Origin: Octopus vulgaris
Taxonomy: Eukaryota
Length of the DNA stretch: 64,000 bases
Assembly (NCBI GenBank): GCA_951406725.2
Contig: OX597814.1
Coordinates: forward strand, 40,796,001 to 40,860,000
Direction: 5' to 3'
Position 1 is the stretch's first letter. Every line of letters begins with the position of its first letter. This document shows positions 25,546 through 39,837 of the stretch, one piece after another. The position numbers and the translations under genes were made by a program. Under the pieces are notes generated by a model, which made no database searches, had not been told where the DNA came from, and worked only from the letters and a program-made list of their open reading frames with translations.

Positions 25546-27144
25546 TACAAAATTCTCAGCAACAAGCAATTACAGAACTTCAAAAATATCCATCAGGATG
25601 TAGGCGAAATATATTCACCAATTTCACTCTTGAAATAGATAGAGTATTAGGTCAGAGTATAGGGATAACATAGGTTGTCCACAATTTAAATCGGTCATCT
25701 ACACATATCAGATATTTGATATATACTCAGTTTATTGAGATAGCACCAGTAAGCATGGACTAGGTTACTGGAAATTGAATGTGTTCTTGCCTGCTCGCAA
25801 AAACCAGAGGGATCGCATTTGCGATCTAGTTAAGCGGCAGTTGATGGTGGATATCGTCAACAACCAGTGGTGATCGCTCTGAAAGTAAATATAACAAATG
25901 ATTCAGAAGCCTTTTCCGGTACTGCATCGATCCTAAAATCTAATCATATTGTGCCAGTCACGAGGCCAAGCATCCCTGCAAGTTTTATCCGAATCCGACA
26001 AGCAACTCTTGAGATATTCTGTCCACGGTCAAAGAATGAAAGAAACAAGGACTGAAAACCGCAACAACAATAATACTAATAATAATGGTGATACTAATAA
26101 TGATTTCATATTGTTGCCACAAAGGCAGCGCATGGAAAGGGATTAATTCCACTACATCGATCCTAGTGCGTAACTATTACTTATTTAAACAACGACGACG
26201 ACAATAACAACAATTCTAACTTAGCCATAATAATGTGCTCCTAAAACTGTCTGCAGAGTGCAAGTTAAGTCACGTTTTATTATGTTGGGAAGCCTTGCAA
26301 TTTTGTGTATCTATACTATCTATAGCTGTCCGCATATCTTAACCTTTACGTTGCTGCGCTTCACTAGATCATGGTGTGTCATTAAAGTGACCAAGATTAA
26401 GTCGTCATTGGTAGTGGCTATTATCATTTTGCTTTCATTATACTGTGGATGTTATTTGCTGGCAACAATGTCAAACATTCATTTCTGAAAACTGAAAAGT
26501 GGAGAAAACATATACTCGATTTTAAGTATTACGCGATTGTGGTATTTCAATACACTAATATTAGCTATTGTTACCGGGGCAGTTGGAATTATATGAAAAG
26601 GGGAAAAGACGAATGTGTCCAATTTCCTGATAACTTTCAAACACAAGAAAAATTGCTTGTTAATATCCTTACCTAATATTACTTGTTGTTACCACACGCA
26701 TCTAATTCAAATTCATCTCCATATAAATGCAAGCAAATTCATTCTCTTATTATAAAGCTTATATATATTTTTATAAATATTATCAGTTTTGTCAGGCGTA
26801 TAACACATCAGCTATCTCTTAGCATATTTAGATGCAAATGAAACGAATTTGGCCTACTTTGGCGTAGGTAAGGAGAGGTGTTTTCGTAGGATTTATTTTA
26901 TTTTTGTCACCTTGTCTCTATCTCAGAGTTAAGACACCAAAGAAACCAAATAGATCTACCTGAAACACTGTCAGATTTTCGCGCGATGTGATCAGCATGT
27001 TGCACTTTTAAACAGGTGTCAGAAGTTGTGGCACCCACCGATCAGAAACTTCCAAGTTCATTGTGCAGAATACTCTCAAGTTTCTGGTTGAGAACTGAAT
27101 GCAGTTTCTTTAAATTAAAGCATAGATAAGGCCTAATACTATTA

Positions 27145-27335
27145 ATGATAGTTCCAAATTTTGTCGAGCCCAGCAATTTAAAGATATGGGTTAGTGGATT
27201 ACATTGATGTTATTATAAAATTCGTCCTTTAATTTGATTTTTAAGTGGATGAAAAGTAAGTGGACTTCAGAGGGCCTTGCATTTAAAACATAAGGAGCGA
27301 GAACGAATGCTGCTGAGCTTTTTGTCCAAAGTGTA
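27145..27335 (-). mobile_element. Highly degraded SINE (family 4)
   Basis: TTCCAAATTTTG..CCAGCAATT..GGATTACATTG..GGATGAAAAGTAAGTGGAC resembles 19440-19640 and 34800-34940. Confidence 0.45.
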
Positions 27336-29562
27336 CAGCTTATATCTGTTGAACCTGATGTTCTAAATCATCTGCTTAAACAACTGATGAAAATCAGCTC
27401 AGAAAATACGGATTCTTCAACGAATTCATCAACTGCAGCTTGAAACATCCACATCATCCCAATATAAACACAAGTATACACAATACGTTGATATTGTTGT
27501 AGCCCAGATTAGAATTAGTATTTCATTTATTAACTTACTTTCAAACGTTAACATATTTTACATTGTCTCACCTTCAAATATATTACTCTTCTCTCATAAT
27601 ATTGTTTTTCCCCCAATAATGGAATGTCCATATCTTAATCACACATAATTACAATGATATACTTAAGAAAATTTCAGGAAAATGAAATATCTATCAAAAC
27701 ATGAAGTTTGAGACTCACTCAGTATATTACCAGCGTCATTATGAGCGGAGAAGCGGAAATAATTCAGAGCACCTTGAGCAAAATTATTAAATTATTAAAT
27801 GTAGCGAAAGAAGAAGCTGGGAAAAATATTTTAAAAACATATTTGTCATATCTTTTCTTTCTCACACTGCCCAATCACAAAAGAACGTGACCACAAATCC
27901 AATAGTAGCACCCATGATCATGTACTTCAAAGTGATTCACACATACAGGTATGAAAAATCAAACACACAAGCACACACACACACGTTCACACATACACAC
28001 ACATATATGCATACACACAAACACACGTAGCTATTTATCTCATCTTTAGAATGTTTCCCTCTCAAAGAGCTATAAACATTGTTTTATTTATCAATGATTC
28101 GCGTATATGCTATACTTTTTTCTCACACACTAACACACGTGCGTACACATACACACAGACTGTCAGACACACAAACACACATATCTTCGTATGCCTATGT
28201 GTTCATGTTCACTCGCTTATGTTACAATGTTTGGACATACGCAGACATAGCGAGAAAGAAAGGGAGAGTGGAGAAAGCGTAGGTTGGGAGTTAGGGAAAG
28301 AAGCCTTGTGGCTACAATAAAAGTCCTCGTATAATACTGTTTCAATGCCGTGTATTCCGCGCGTCCTGTAATCGTTGTAAAAAGCCTTAGGTATAATTTT
28401 AGAAATTATAAGATGCTAACTGGACTTAGAACCATAAACTGTAAATCTTGGTGGATTTCGTGATGTCATGATTTATTGCTTTACAGATACATTTGTTTTC
28501 TTACTAGAGGTTTTAAAAGTCTTATATTTGTGGAATTCGATTTAAAAAATGCTGACACTTTGGTGCCTCACATTATAAGTTACAATGATTTTTTGTCCTA
28601 ACATATAACAAACGGACAAGAACGTCTCATAAATATATATATATATATCTTTGTGTGTGTGTGTGTGTATGTGTGTGAGTATGCATAAACCTATTCAAAT
28701 TTGTATGTTTCAGTGTGGTGGGGGGATTGTGTTGGTATATGAGATAAAATATAGCAAATGTGGAAATCATTAACAGACTGTGGCATTTATAGCTCTTTTA
28801 AACAGAAACGTTCTGAAATTGTGCTCAAAAGCTTTGTCATGTTTATGCTAAACATCGTTATTTTCCGATATATTTATACTGTGCATAAATATATCGGAAA
28901 AAATAACACATTTTTCACATCAGGAGAAGAGATAGTGCTGAAAAACATAAACGACTTAAGGACTCTATCGAACACTAGAAGAGAATCAGCTCACTAAAGG
29001 AAACTTTAAGAAATTTGTTTTATGTAATTGGAAATGGTCTCTCCAATCGCTTACAAGCACAGGTACAGGTATACACATACTGTTCATACTCATTTTGTCC
29101 AAACTACCATTGCTATTTTCTACATTAATTTTTTTTTATTTCTATCATTTACTTAGTGTACATCATTCTAGCGTTGATATTGTCTTTATCTTTCTGATAT
29201 GTTTCTTTTTTTTATATAAGTATTCGTATATTCAAATCCCAATCTGGCATAATTCGGATTAAATACACAAAACCCATTCTGACAAAAATATATCGTCATA
29301 TTCAAGAAAATATCAAACACAGCTGCAAGTAGGAGTCACATAAATGGATAAGGGTAAGTAATTCGCATCACAAATATCGAACTTAGTAAACGTAGAGAAC
29401 TAAGATGCTTACAATAATATTTTGTTCTCAGTACTTCCAATATTTGTTTCCTAGAAAGCCCTTATGAAAAAGCACGCGCCCACAAGAGCGATAGTAGCCC
29501 TCACCATCATGCATTTCATTTTGATTTATACGTATATCAATATAAGTTATCCATATATATAT

Positions 29563-29599
<37 letters not shown>

Positions 29600-31059
29600 C
29601 TAGTATTCATAAATATACATATGCATATGATTATAGCCTGCATCAGTGCTGATAAAGATCGAAACAACATACACGCACACGTGATCGCATTCAGTCATAC
29701 ACAAGTAAACATGCACAAACATACACACACACGCACACATACAAACACACACACACAGACAAACACATAGAGTAAGCATCATCACTATTCATTCATACCA
29801 TCTGTACTACCATTAACATCAACCCAAATGATCCGTCTTTTTTTTCTCATAATAGTAATATGTTGACTTTCCTGCAATTAAAATCTACAAATATAAAGGA
29901 CAATGCTTTTTTTCTGATGGAATGCTCACTTGCAGGATTACATCGTCGAACAGTTTGATCCGTGTAAACGAGAGATTGATGCACATAACTACCAACAACA
30001 ACAGTACGAACACCAACATCGATATCCACTATCTTTACGTTATCTTTTTTTATCTCTTGCGAATACAATAACATTCTGTTACACACCACTGGTGAACAGA
30101 ATCAGTAATAAATCTATACATTTACAGCGTAATTGTTGCAGTTACGCACTGTATTTAATATGTATTTTATTGATGTATATTGAAAGGAAACGAAAAGTAA
30201 ATAGGTATACTCCAACGATCGTCTATGATGAGAAGTTCTTTGTCTCAAATTCCATACAAGAGACAACAGCTGGAGAAAATCGATTATAAACTTGCAAAAG
30301 TTATATTTTTGTACAAGCAATTGAGGCAGAAATATAATAGGTATATTGCTTCGCACAAGTGAGCTGAAAATGTAAGATATTATAATGACTTAGTTATTGA
30401 ATTCAATTAATCAGAAATTAAGGAATGTCGACGTTACACTTCTTATATCTCAAAAAACAGGAAGGATACACATCTTACACAGTAATATTTGATCTGTCAA
30501 GATCCTTTGTTTGAAAAATACTCTGAAGGCTTTTGTTCCCTAGTTCATGTCTATGTGTGTCATTGCCTGCATGTCGGCAACAAATTAAAAAGTGCATACT
30601 CGTTCAAACATTACAGAGTAGTCGATTATCTAGTGTGTCATACATTTTAAGCCAATTAATAGACATATCCTACCGCAACAGAAATCATGAAAGGAACAAT
30701 AACAAGAACAACGTTGTCTGAAATTTCTAGGATATTTATTACTGTCATAGAAATTCCACACTGCTTTGGCTTTGTTGTCTCACCTTATTTAACATATAAA
30801 CGTTCACATATTGCCCGCATTAGACTTCTCGCTCATGGTATTATCGAACTGAATGTCTAATAGCGGTCCTTCCGTAGCACTTACATAGCCTTACCTGCAA
30901 TTTGGGTCTCCTTGAAATGTCCGACTTTCTTACACACAGAGTTTGTCTGTCGTTACTCTAATGTTTTATCCTAACAGTTCAATGTTTTACAACATTGAGG
31001 GGTTGCATCATCATCTTTCAAAATGCAATTCATGGTGCCTGATTATATTGTAAGTATTC

Positions 31060-31852
31060 TCTTGTAAATCAGCTTTTTGAACCCATTGACAGATCAAAAG
31101 TTCATGTTGTTTTTTAAATATGAGATGCGTTGTGGAATCAATCCATCGTAGAGAGCTCGAAACATCAGCAGGGTGTTTGGTGAAGGTGTGGAGAATGAAT
31201 GAACTCACTGTACGTCGATGGTTTGCGATGTTCCGTTCTGGTAACTTTACACTTGAAATCAGCCCCATGGTAGAACTGAGATCAAAGTGAATAATGACGA
31301 GCTGGAAACTGTTGTGGAACTATGCTTGAGTTAGCAGCAAAGTGTGATGTTTCCATTCCAAATATAAATGACCATCTGATGCAAATATGTAACGTAAAAA
31401 ATCTAGACAAGTGGATACTACACGAACTGAACGAGCATCAAATGCCACGTCGTTTTGAAACATTCTGTTCTTTGGTGTCAGGACGTAAAGAAGAACGAAC
31501 TATTTTTGCATCGTATTCTTACGTGTGGGGAAAAGTGGATTATTTTCAATAATACCAAGCGTTCCGCACGATGGTTGGAGAGAGACGAAGTGTCAAAACA
31601 CAATCCCAAAAAAGGGATATTCAGCAAAAAGAGGTTGATAACTCTTTGCAAAGAACAAAATTCAAATCTAAAGAAGAGGCAACAATTGCTCTCAAGAATT
31701 CGTCGCTGCCGGCATAATTAAGCTACTAATAAAATGGCAGAATCGTGTAGATAATTTAGGTGCACACTTTGATTAACTGCATTGCTTTTTTTTAGATAAC
31801 TTAAAATAGGTTTTCAGTTCAAAATTGCCATTTCTTTCTTAATGAACAGATA
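31060..31852 (+). mobile_element. Internally deleted mariner (DD34D-type) transposon remnant
   Basis: TVRRWFAMFRSGNFTLE, KWILHELNEHQ (WVPHEL-like) and LHRILTCGEKWIIFNN; second and third catalytic Asp regions deleted. Confidence 0.85.
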
Positions 31853-31885
31853 TGAATATATATATACATATTTTCCTTTAACACC

Positions 31886-31937
31886 GTCTCCGATGAAGGG
31901 ATATTATTAATTAATATCCTAGAAACAGCTGTCAGAC
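31886..31937 (+). ncRNA. Minimal type-I hammerhead-ribozyme-like motif
   Basis: GTCT-CCGATGA-A-GGGATATTA(ttaat)TAATATCCT-A-GAAA-CAGCTG-TC-AGAC: stem I 4 bp, stem II 9 bp, palindromic stem III, GUC cleavage triplet; one core deviation (CCGA for CTGA). Confidence 0.65.
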
Positions 31938-32026
31938 CTTCTATCTATAAATGCTCTAATATCTATGAAGCCTTGGTTTTTTTATCTCATCGCGCGAAAA
32001 AATATTATATATACATATATACATAC

Positions 32027-32072
<46 letters not shown>

Positions 32073-32974
32073 TCTTACCCACATGCACCCACGTATGTCT
32101 TTGTATGCATTAAAATATTAATGAAATGATTCCCCTGCTACAGTTATATGTAGTTTCATACATACATCCATACACACCCCATGGAGTTGAAGGAACTGCT
32201 GTTTTACCAGATTCTTTCTTACTCTAGATTTCTCCAGTAATGATATCGCCCAAGACATTTCAGTATGTCGGACCTTGTAATATGATCCCAACTAAAGAAT
32301 TTTCTTATACCCTATAACTAAACGGTACTACCATTACTAAAGTTCATTTTCCCTGAAAAAGCATAAATATAATAGTCCCTTGACGTCTCAACTATAAATA
32401 TAATGTATATAATAACGCAAAATGTGTGGAGCTAAATTAACTCTATGTAAATACCATGTGGTATCCCCAAAGACTTTGTCATTTAGAATGCATAATTAAA
32501 AGCAAACAAGTATTAATTAGAGCACTTAAAGCAATAAAACATAATAAAGAACCCCCAAAACGAAAGAATGCAAACAGCGAAGCCATAATTTGTGAGAAGA
32601 TTAATCATGAACTAAGACCAGCGTAAACAAAATAAATATTAAAAAAGAAAGAAAACTACTGAAACCTAATCTCAGATAATAGAATAACCAAATCACAAGT
32701 ACAGTAATGTAAACATTAGAAGAATTACGAAGACACTGTGATGAATTGAAGCTATAATATTTGTTGTTCAAAATGGTGGTAATGAGTTGTGATGTAAGGA
32801 AATCTAAATACAGGAAATAATACTGAAATATTAATAATTTTTTACTTATAAAACAACTTCTGTTTCTATAATTGCATCTCTGTATCTTTCTAGGCAATAC
32901 TTTGAAATATATGAACGATTTCAATACTAGAATCCTCGAGATAACTCTAACATTTCAATAAGTATCTGAAAGGT

Positions 32975-33525
32975 ACTGCCATATATCAGTATGGCATGGT
33001 GGTTGCCCCCTTGTTATTGAATAAGGCCATTGCACGAAGCTTAATCAATGTTGTTATCGTGCAATGCCTGTGCAAAAAGATTTTTTTAATGTGAGGAAAG
33101 GCTGTGCGCTGAGTCAATCCCACTCACTAAGCAAAAGCAGCCATAATGCGAAAAGAAGTATAAGTCAACATCATCGGTAATCACTGAGCCGCAGGTTTTA
33201 TGTCGGAGTTATCCCAGTTACCTGAGTTACCTTCTCCTAGAAGGATGCCGTAACACAGGCTAGGAGTCCTTCACACCCAGTGGTTTAACCGCGCGATCGG
33301 GTATTCAGTCCGAATATTGATACATCCTTAAGACATTTATTGGATGGCCGTTGATTCTCAAGAGTTCCTCCGCCCTTTGACGGTTTTTGTTTTTCCTCTC
33401 GCAGGGTGTCCAATAAAACCCTCCTTACCAAGCAAGCTTGGTGGGGTTGCCGGTTTAGTCGCCGACGACACGACCATGCAACAGGTTGTACTACCAGTAG
33501 CTTTCGAAAGTGACCTTACATCTGA
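32975..33525 (-). mobile_element. Non-coding GC-richer element resembling an RTE-clade LINE 5' UTR or non-autonomous derivative
   Basis: Sharp compositional island ending at a (CATA)n tract, no credible ORF, and an HDV-like fold exactly at the minus-strand 5' end; the RTE assignment is inference. Confidence 0.5.
33446..33521 (-). ncRNA. HDV-like ribozyme fold
   Basis: Minus strand: P1 ATGTAA, J1/2 with CTTTCGAAAG hairpin, P2 CTGG, P3 TAG, L3 TACAAC, P3' CTG, P1' TTGCAT, GG, P4 TCGT..GCGA, J4/2 CTAAA, P2' CCGG(CAAC). Confidence 0.65.
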
Positions 33526-33652
33526 ATGACATACATTCATATATACATACATACATACATGCATGCATACATAGACACACATATGTGTGTCTGTGCGTGT
33601 TTATATATATATATATATTTATATATATATGTGTGTGTGGGTGTGTGTGTGA

Positions 33653-33714
<62 letters not shown>

Positions 33715-34162
33715 TTTGTTATCAAAGCTGCTAAATCATCACAAATATATCACAGAAAACAGCCACTAAGTGTTTCACATTTGCGTTGAGAATAGAACAA
33801 AAACTTAAGTTTATATATACAACTATACATTTTACATTGACAGATATGCATTTGAAATAGATTTTGTTTCATTTGTCCTTTCAACTAACAGTCCTTTTTA
33901 GAACCAGTGATATATATAAAATTAAAATTACGATTTAAATTCATATTATATAAGATGGAAGAAAATGTTAATCCAAAATGTTCATGAGCTTGAAGGAAAT
34001 AACATGTGTACCCTCAGGAAATTAAAACTATATGTCTGATTACAAAAAAATGTTTACTTACAGAAATTTAAACACCAGAAATTTAATCACCCGTACCAAT
34101 GTTTACAAACATATACATACACATACACAAAACATACAAACGTTAATACGTGTATATATATA

Positions 34163-34436
34163 ACTACACAACCAATTTCATTCAGGTTTTACACATGCCT
34201 TACTTAGGGTCCGGGGAGAGTCATTGGCAAAACAATATTTTACCTTTTTGCCTAGGGCGAGCCCAAAGCAATATCATATCTTCTCCACTACGATTACCTA
34301 AAACTTGAGAACTACAAAACCAATTTCATTCAAATTCTACACATGCCTTACTTAGGGTCCATGTAGTTTCATGGACAAAAAAATGTTCATCATCTTCCCT
34401 GGGCGAGCCCATAGCAATATCATATCTTCTCCTCTA
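34163..34436 (+). repeat. Two tandem copies of a 148-bp unit, Helitron/HINE core-repeat-like
   Basis: Units at 34163-34310 and 34311-34436 share ACTACA.AACCAATTTCATTCA...TACACATGCCTTACTTAGGGTCC...GGGCGAGCCCA.AGCAATATCATATCTTCTCC. Confidence 0.85.
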
Positions 34437-34735
34437 TTTTACTATTACGTGTTAAAAGTGAAACAAAAACATTTCTCTATTTTATGTCATATACTTTCAC
34501 TTTAACAAAAAAAATTAGAGATAATAATAACAATTGAATTATATGTAGTAAGTAATAATTAAAATCAAACTAAAGTATAATATAATCGTAACATAATAAA
34601 AGTAAAAATAGCAACTGGTATAAAATTGCATCAATGACTTGAACTTGAATACGTGGTTTCACATGAATGGGAATAAATTAAAAATAAAATTAGTGTGCAG
34701 AAATGGAATAGTCCAGATGGAGCTGTGCACATACC

Positions 34736-34969
34736 TATTTCTTTATTATCCACAAGGGGCTAAACATAGAGGAGACATACAAGGACAGACATAGGTATTA
34801 AGTCGATTACATCGACACCAATGCGTAACTGGTACTTAATTAATCGACCCCGAAAGGATGAAAGGCAAAGTCGACCTCGGCGGAATTTGAACTCAGAATG
34901 TAGCGGCAGACGAAATACCGCTAAGCATTTCGCCCGGCGTGCTAAGCTTTCTGCGACCTCGCCGCCTTT
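34736..34969 (-). mobile_element. Full-length SINE (family 4, Meta-domain-like) with a 16-bp target-site duplication
   Basis: GAGCTGTGCACATACC at 34720-34735 and 34970-34985; B-box GAGTTCAAATTCC; GGTCGACTTTGCCTTTCATCCTTTCGGGGTCG resembles the MetaSINE central domain. Confidence 0.92.
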
Positions 34970-35359
34970 GAGCTGTGCACATACCGTTTACCACGGCATT
35001 TACATAGATTATCTGCTAATTAGCTAGCATTAAGTATCTAAATGAAATTTGGCTGTATGTAATGTGTGTTTTCTCGAACAGCCGCTTCTACTGAGTACTG
35101 TTGTTGGTTTATATCTTATACATAAAGGACTATAGCTTTAACTGCGTACTGCATTTTGATTCACCGTAAGGTTTTATGTTATTATTATTACTGTTTAACT
35201 ATTGTTATCACGTTTGTTGGTTCCTCGGAAGGGAAAAGTTGTTGTGTTGCATTTGTTAAAGAATTGTAAACTGTAACCCTCCCCATTTAGGAAAAGGAGC
35301 TTTGGTTATTGTTTAAAAATTGAATTGCGTCCCTGTTTGTGGAAACTGACAATATTTTC

Positions 35360-35900
35360 ACCATTTATATGGAAGCAGTTTTGTTAGAATGCCTTCGATG
35401 GAAGAAAGTCCAAAAATGAATTTCGCTGCAGCCGTCGGCGAGCGCGAACTCATTAAAATTAAAATGGAAGAAATACAAACCTATTTTGGATTGATCACCG
35501 ACAAAGACGGTGAATCTAGGATAACACCACCAAACGAAATAAAAAATTAAATTAAAGAAAATACTATTGTCTGTAAAGTATACAATGTAGAGAAAAAAGA
35601 TTTGAACACCTGGAGGAAAACACCATCGAAAAGAGTCTTGATGCGACTATGGAAGATATCTAACCAGAGGCGGTAAATTCGCCAAAATATAAGCAAGTTT
35701 GGAGTCAACGGAGCGTGCAATGGAGTACTCGACTCGAACCTTGTAAAGTGGAAATATGTTATTTTTACCCTTATATCTGGGACGTAGGACGTGCCGGATA
35801 AAAATTTTAAATGTCCCCCCAGAAGTAAAGGTAGGCTGGATTGTAGCCACACTTCTATACAAGATGGAGGACAAGATACAATAGATCGAAATTGCATGAG
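35360..35900 (+). mobile_element. Possible LINE ORF1-like remnant
   Basis: Purine-rich coding-like island with stops; KFGVNGACNGVL resembles the NG motif region of L1/Tx1 ORF1 proteins; no diagnostic zinc knuckle seen. Confidence 0.25.
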
Positions 35901-36095
35901 ACGGGCCTACAATTCCAGTGTTTTATATTTTGAGTATTGTTATCACTAGCGATATCAAGACATAACTTTGTATTTTGTATTTTATGTGTAGATGTATATA
36001 CATAGATGTACATGTAATATGTACACATTTATGTATATATACACATACATACATGCACTAGGACTATGACCCGGCAACGACGGGTTATAATGCTA

Positions 36096-36128
<33 letters not shown>

Positions 36129-36499
36129 CAGAGAGAGAGAGATAAAGATAGATAGATAAATGGATAGATAGAGGGATAGGTAGATAGATAAATAGATACA
36201 TGCATACAATCATACATACATACACCATAACTTATATACGCATTCGCATAAATTAAAAACTGTCTAGTGTATTGAATATTTAATTATGAAAATGGCGCAA
36301 AAAATCAATGTAATATAATTAATTGCAATATAAATAGGAAAATACATAATTTTTAAAATGTAAATTTAAATTTTAAATGTAATTTTGAAAATGAGTAACA
36401 ATTTGACCTCGGTCAAATTTAAATTTAATTCTGTAAACAGTCGAATGTTTTCTTGGAACTTGAAAAATGTACAATGCAAAATGTAAAAGTGATAAATGT

Positions 36500-38515
<2,016 letters not shown>

Positions 38516-38537
38516 CATATATAAATATATATATGAT

Positions 38538-39619
38538 ATAGGATAACATCTTTCGAAAAAAATTCTACGAGTGGCCAGCATATTAAAAAATACCTTTAAA
38601 GGTTAAATTTATAAACAACTTATAAACAAGGGCCGAAGAAGTAAAATTCTAATGCCAAATATGCCGAAAATAGACAAATCGTAAATAACCATATAATTTA
38701 TCACTATAAGTACGCGTCTCGAAAGAAGCCGACGGAAAATTCTAAAAAATTCCGTTGTTATCGTATCGGTCCCAATTTCAGAGTTAATTCATAAGAATGT
38801 TCTCCTTGTCAACGATAAATACCGCAAGAAATAAAGGAAATACTAACTTATACCAAAGGAAGCACCAAATACTAAGGCATGTGCACTCATAAATACCCCA
38901 AATATATCCAAAATAGAAATTCTCCAGCACATACCGAGACGCTGAAAATTCTCATAGAGTGAGAGAGTTCGGAAGTGAACACTATTAAATTCACATCTAA
39001 CATAGGATAACACTTTTCGAAAAAAATTCTATCAATGGCCAGATTATAAAAAAATACATTTAAAGGTAAAATTTATAAACAACTTCTAAACAAGGGCAAA
39101 AGAAAAAAAATCTAAGGCCAAATATGCTGAAAATAGACAAATCGTCAATAACTATATAATTTATAACTATAAGCACGTGTCTCTAAATAAGCCGGCAGAA
39201 ATTTATAAAAAACTGATAGAATTTTTTTCGATAGAAAATTTTTCATCCTATAGTAGATGTAAATTTAATAGTGAGAGTTTTCAGTCCGATCGCACGTGTC
39301 TCGGGGTGTGCTAGAGAATTTCTATTTTGAATATATTTGGGGTACTTAAGTGTGCTAATGCCTTAGTGTCTGCTTCTTCCATGGGTATATGTAAGTATTT
39401 CATTTATTTCTTACCGTATTTATCGCTGACCGGGAGAAAATTCTTATGAATTAACTCTCAAATTGGGACCGATAATAACGGAATTTTTAAAGAATTTTCT
39501 GTCGGCTTACTTTGAGACGCGTGCATATAGTAATAAGTTATATGGTTGTTGACGATTTGTCAATTTTCGTCATATTTGGCATTATCATTTTTTTTCTTTG
39601 GCCTTTGTTTATAAGTTGT
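38538..39619. repeat. 464-bp unit plus partial tandem copy plus inverted permuted copy (pLTR- or retrozyme-like)
   Basis: Unit 38538-39001; partial repeat 39002-39212; reverse-complement copy 39213-39619 that spans the unit junction; hammerhead-like cores at 38764-38817 (-) and 39420-39475 (+). Confidence 0.9.
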
Positions 39620-39805
39620 ATATATATATATATAAATTTAGATTCAGATAAATATTGTACTTAAGTTGAGACACCAGAATTTAGTACGGTATCATCGTAC
39701 AATTTCAAAATAAAGTGATTAAAATCAAAATCCTTGTTGCTTATTTTGATATATATATATGTATGTATACATACATACACATACATACATACATACATAC
39801 ATACA

Positions 39806-39837
<32 letters not shown>

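Noticed and set aside
27384-27415. CTGATGA...GAAA hammerhead-like words
   Set aside because: No credible stems I-III around them.
29930-30289. 119-aa ORF preceded by an acceptor-like TTGCAG
   Set aside because: TTG start, no recognisable domain and no compatible neighbouring exons found.
30674-30946. Two minus-strand exon-like blocks giving TNSVCKKVGHFKETQIADNVVLVIVPFMISVA
   Set aside because: The upstream acceptor has no pyrimidine tract and the peptide is unrecognised; too weak to call.
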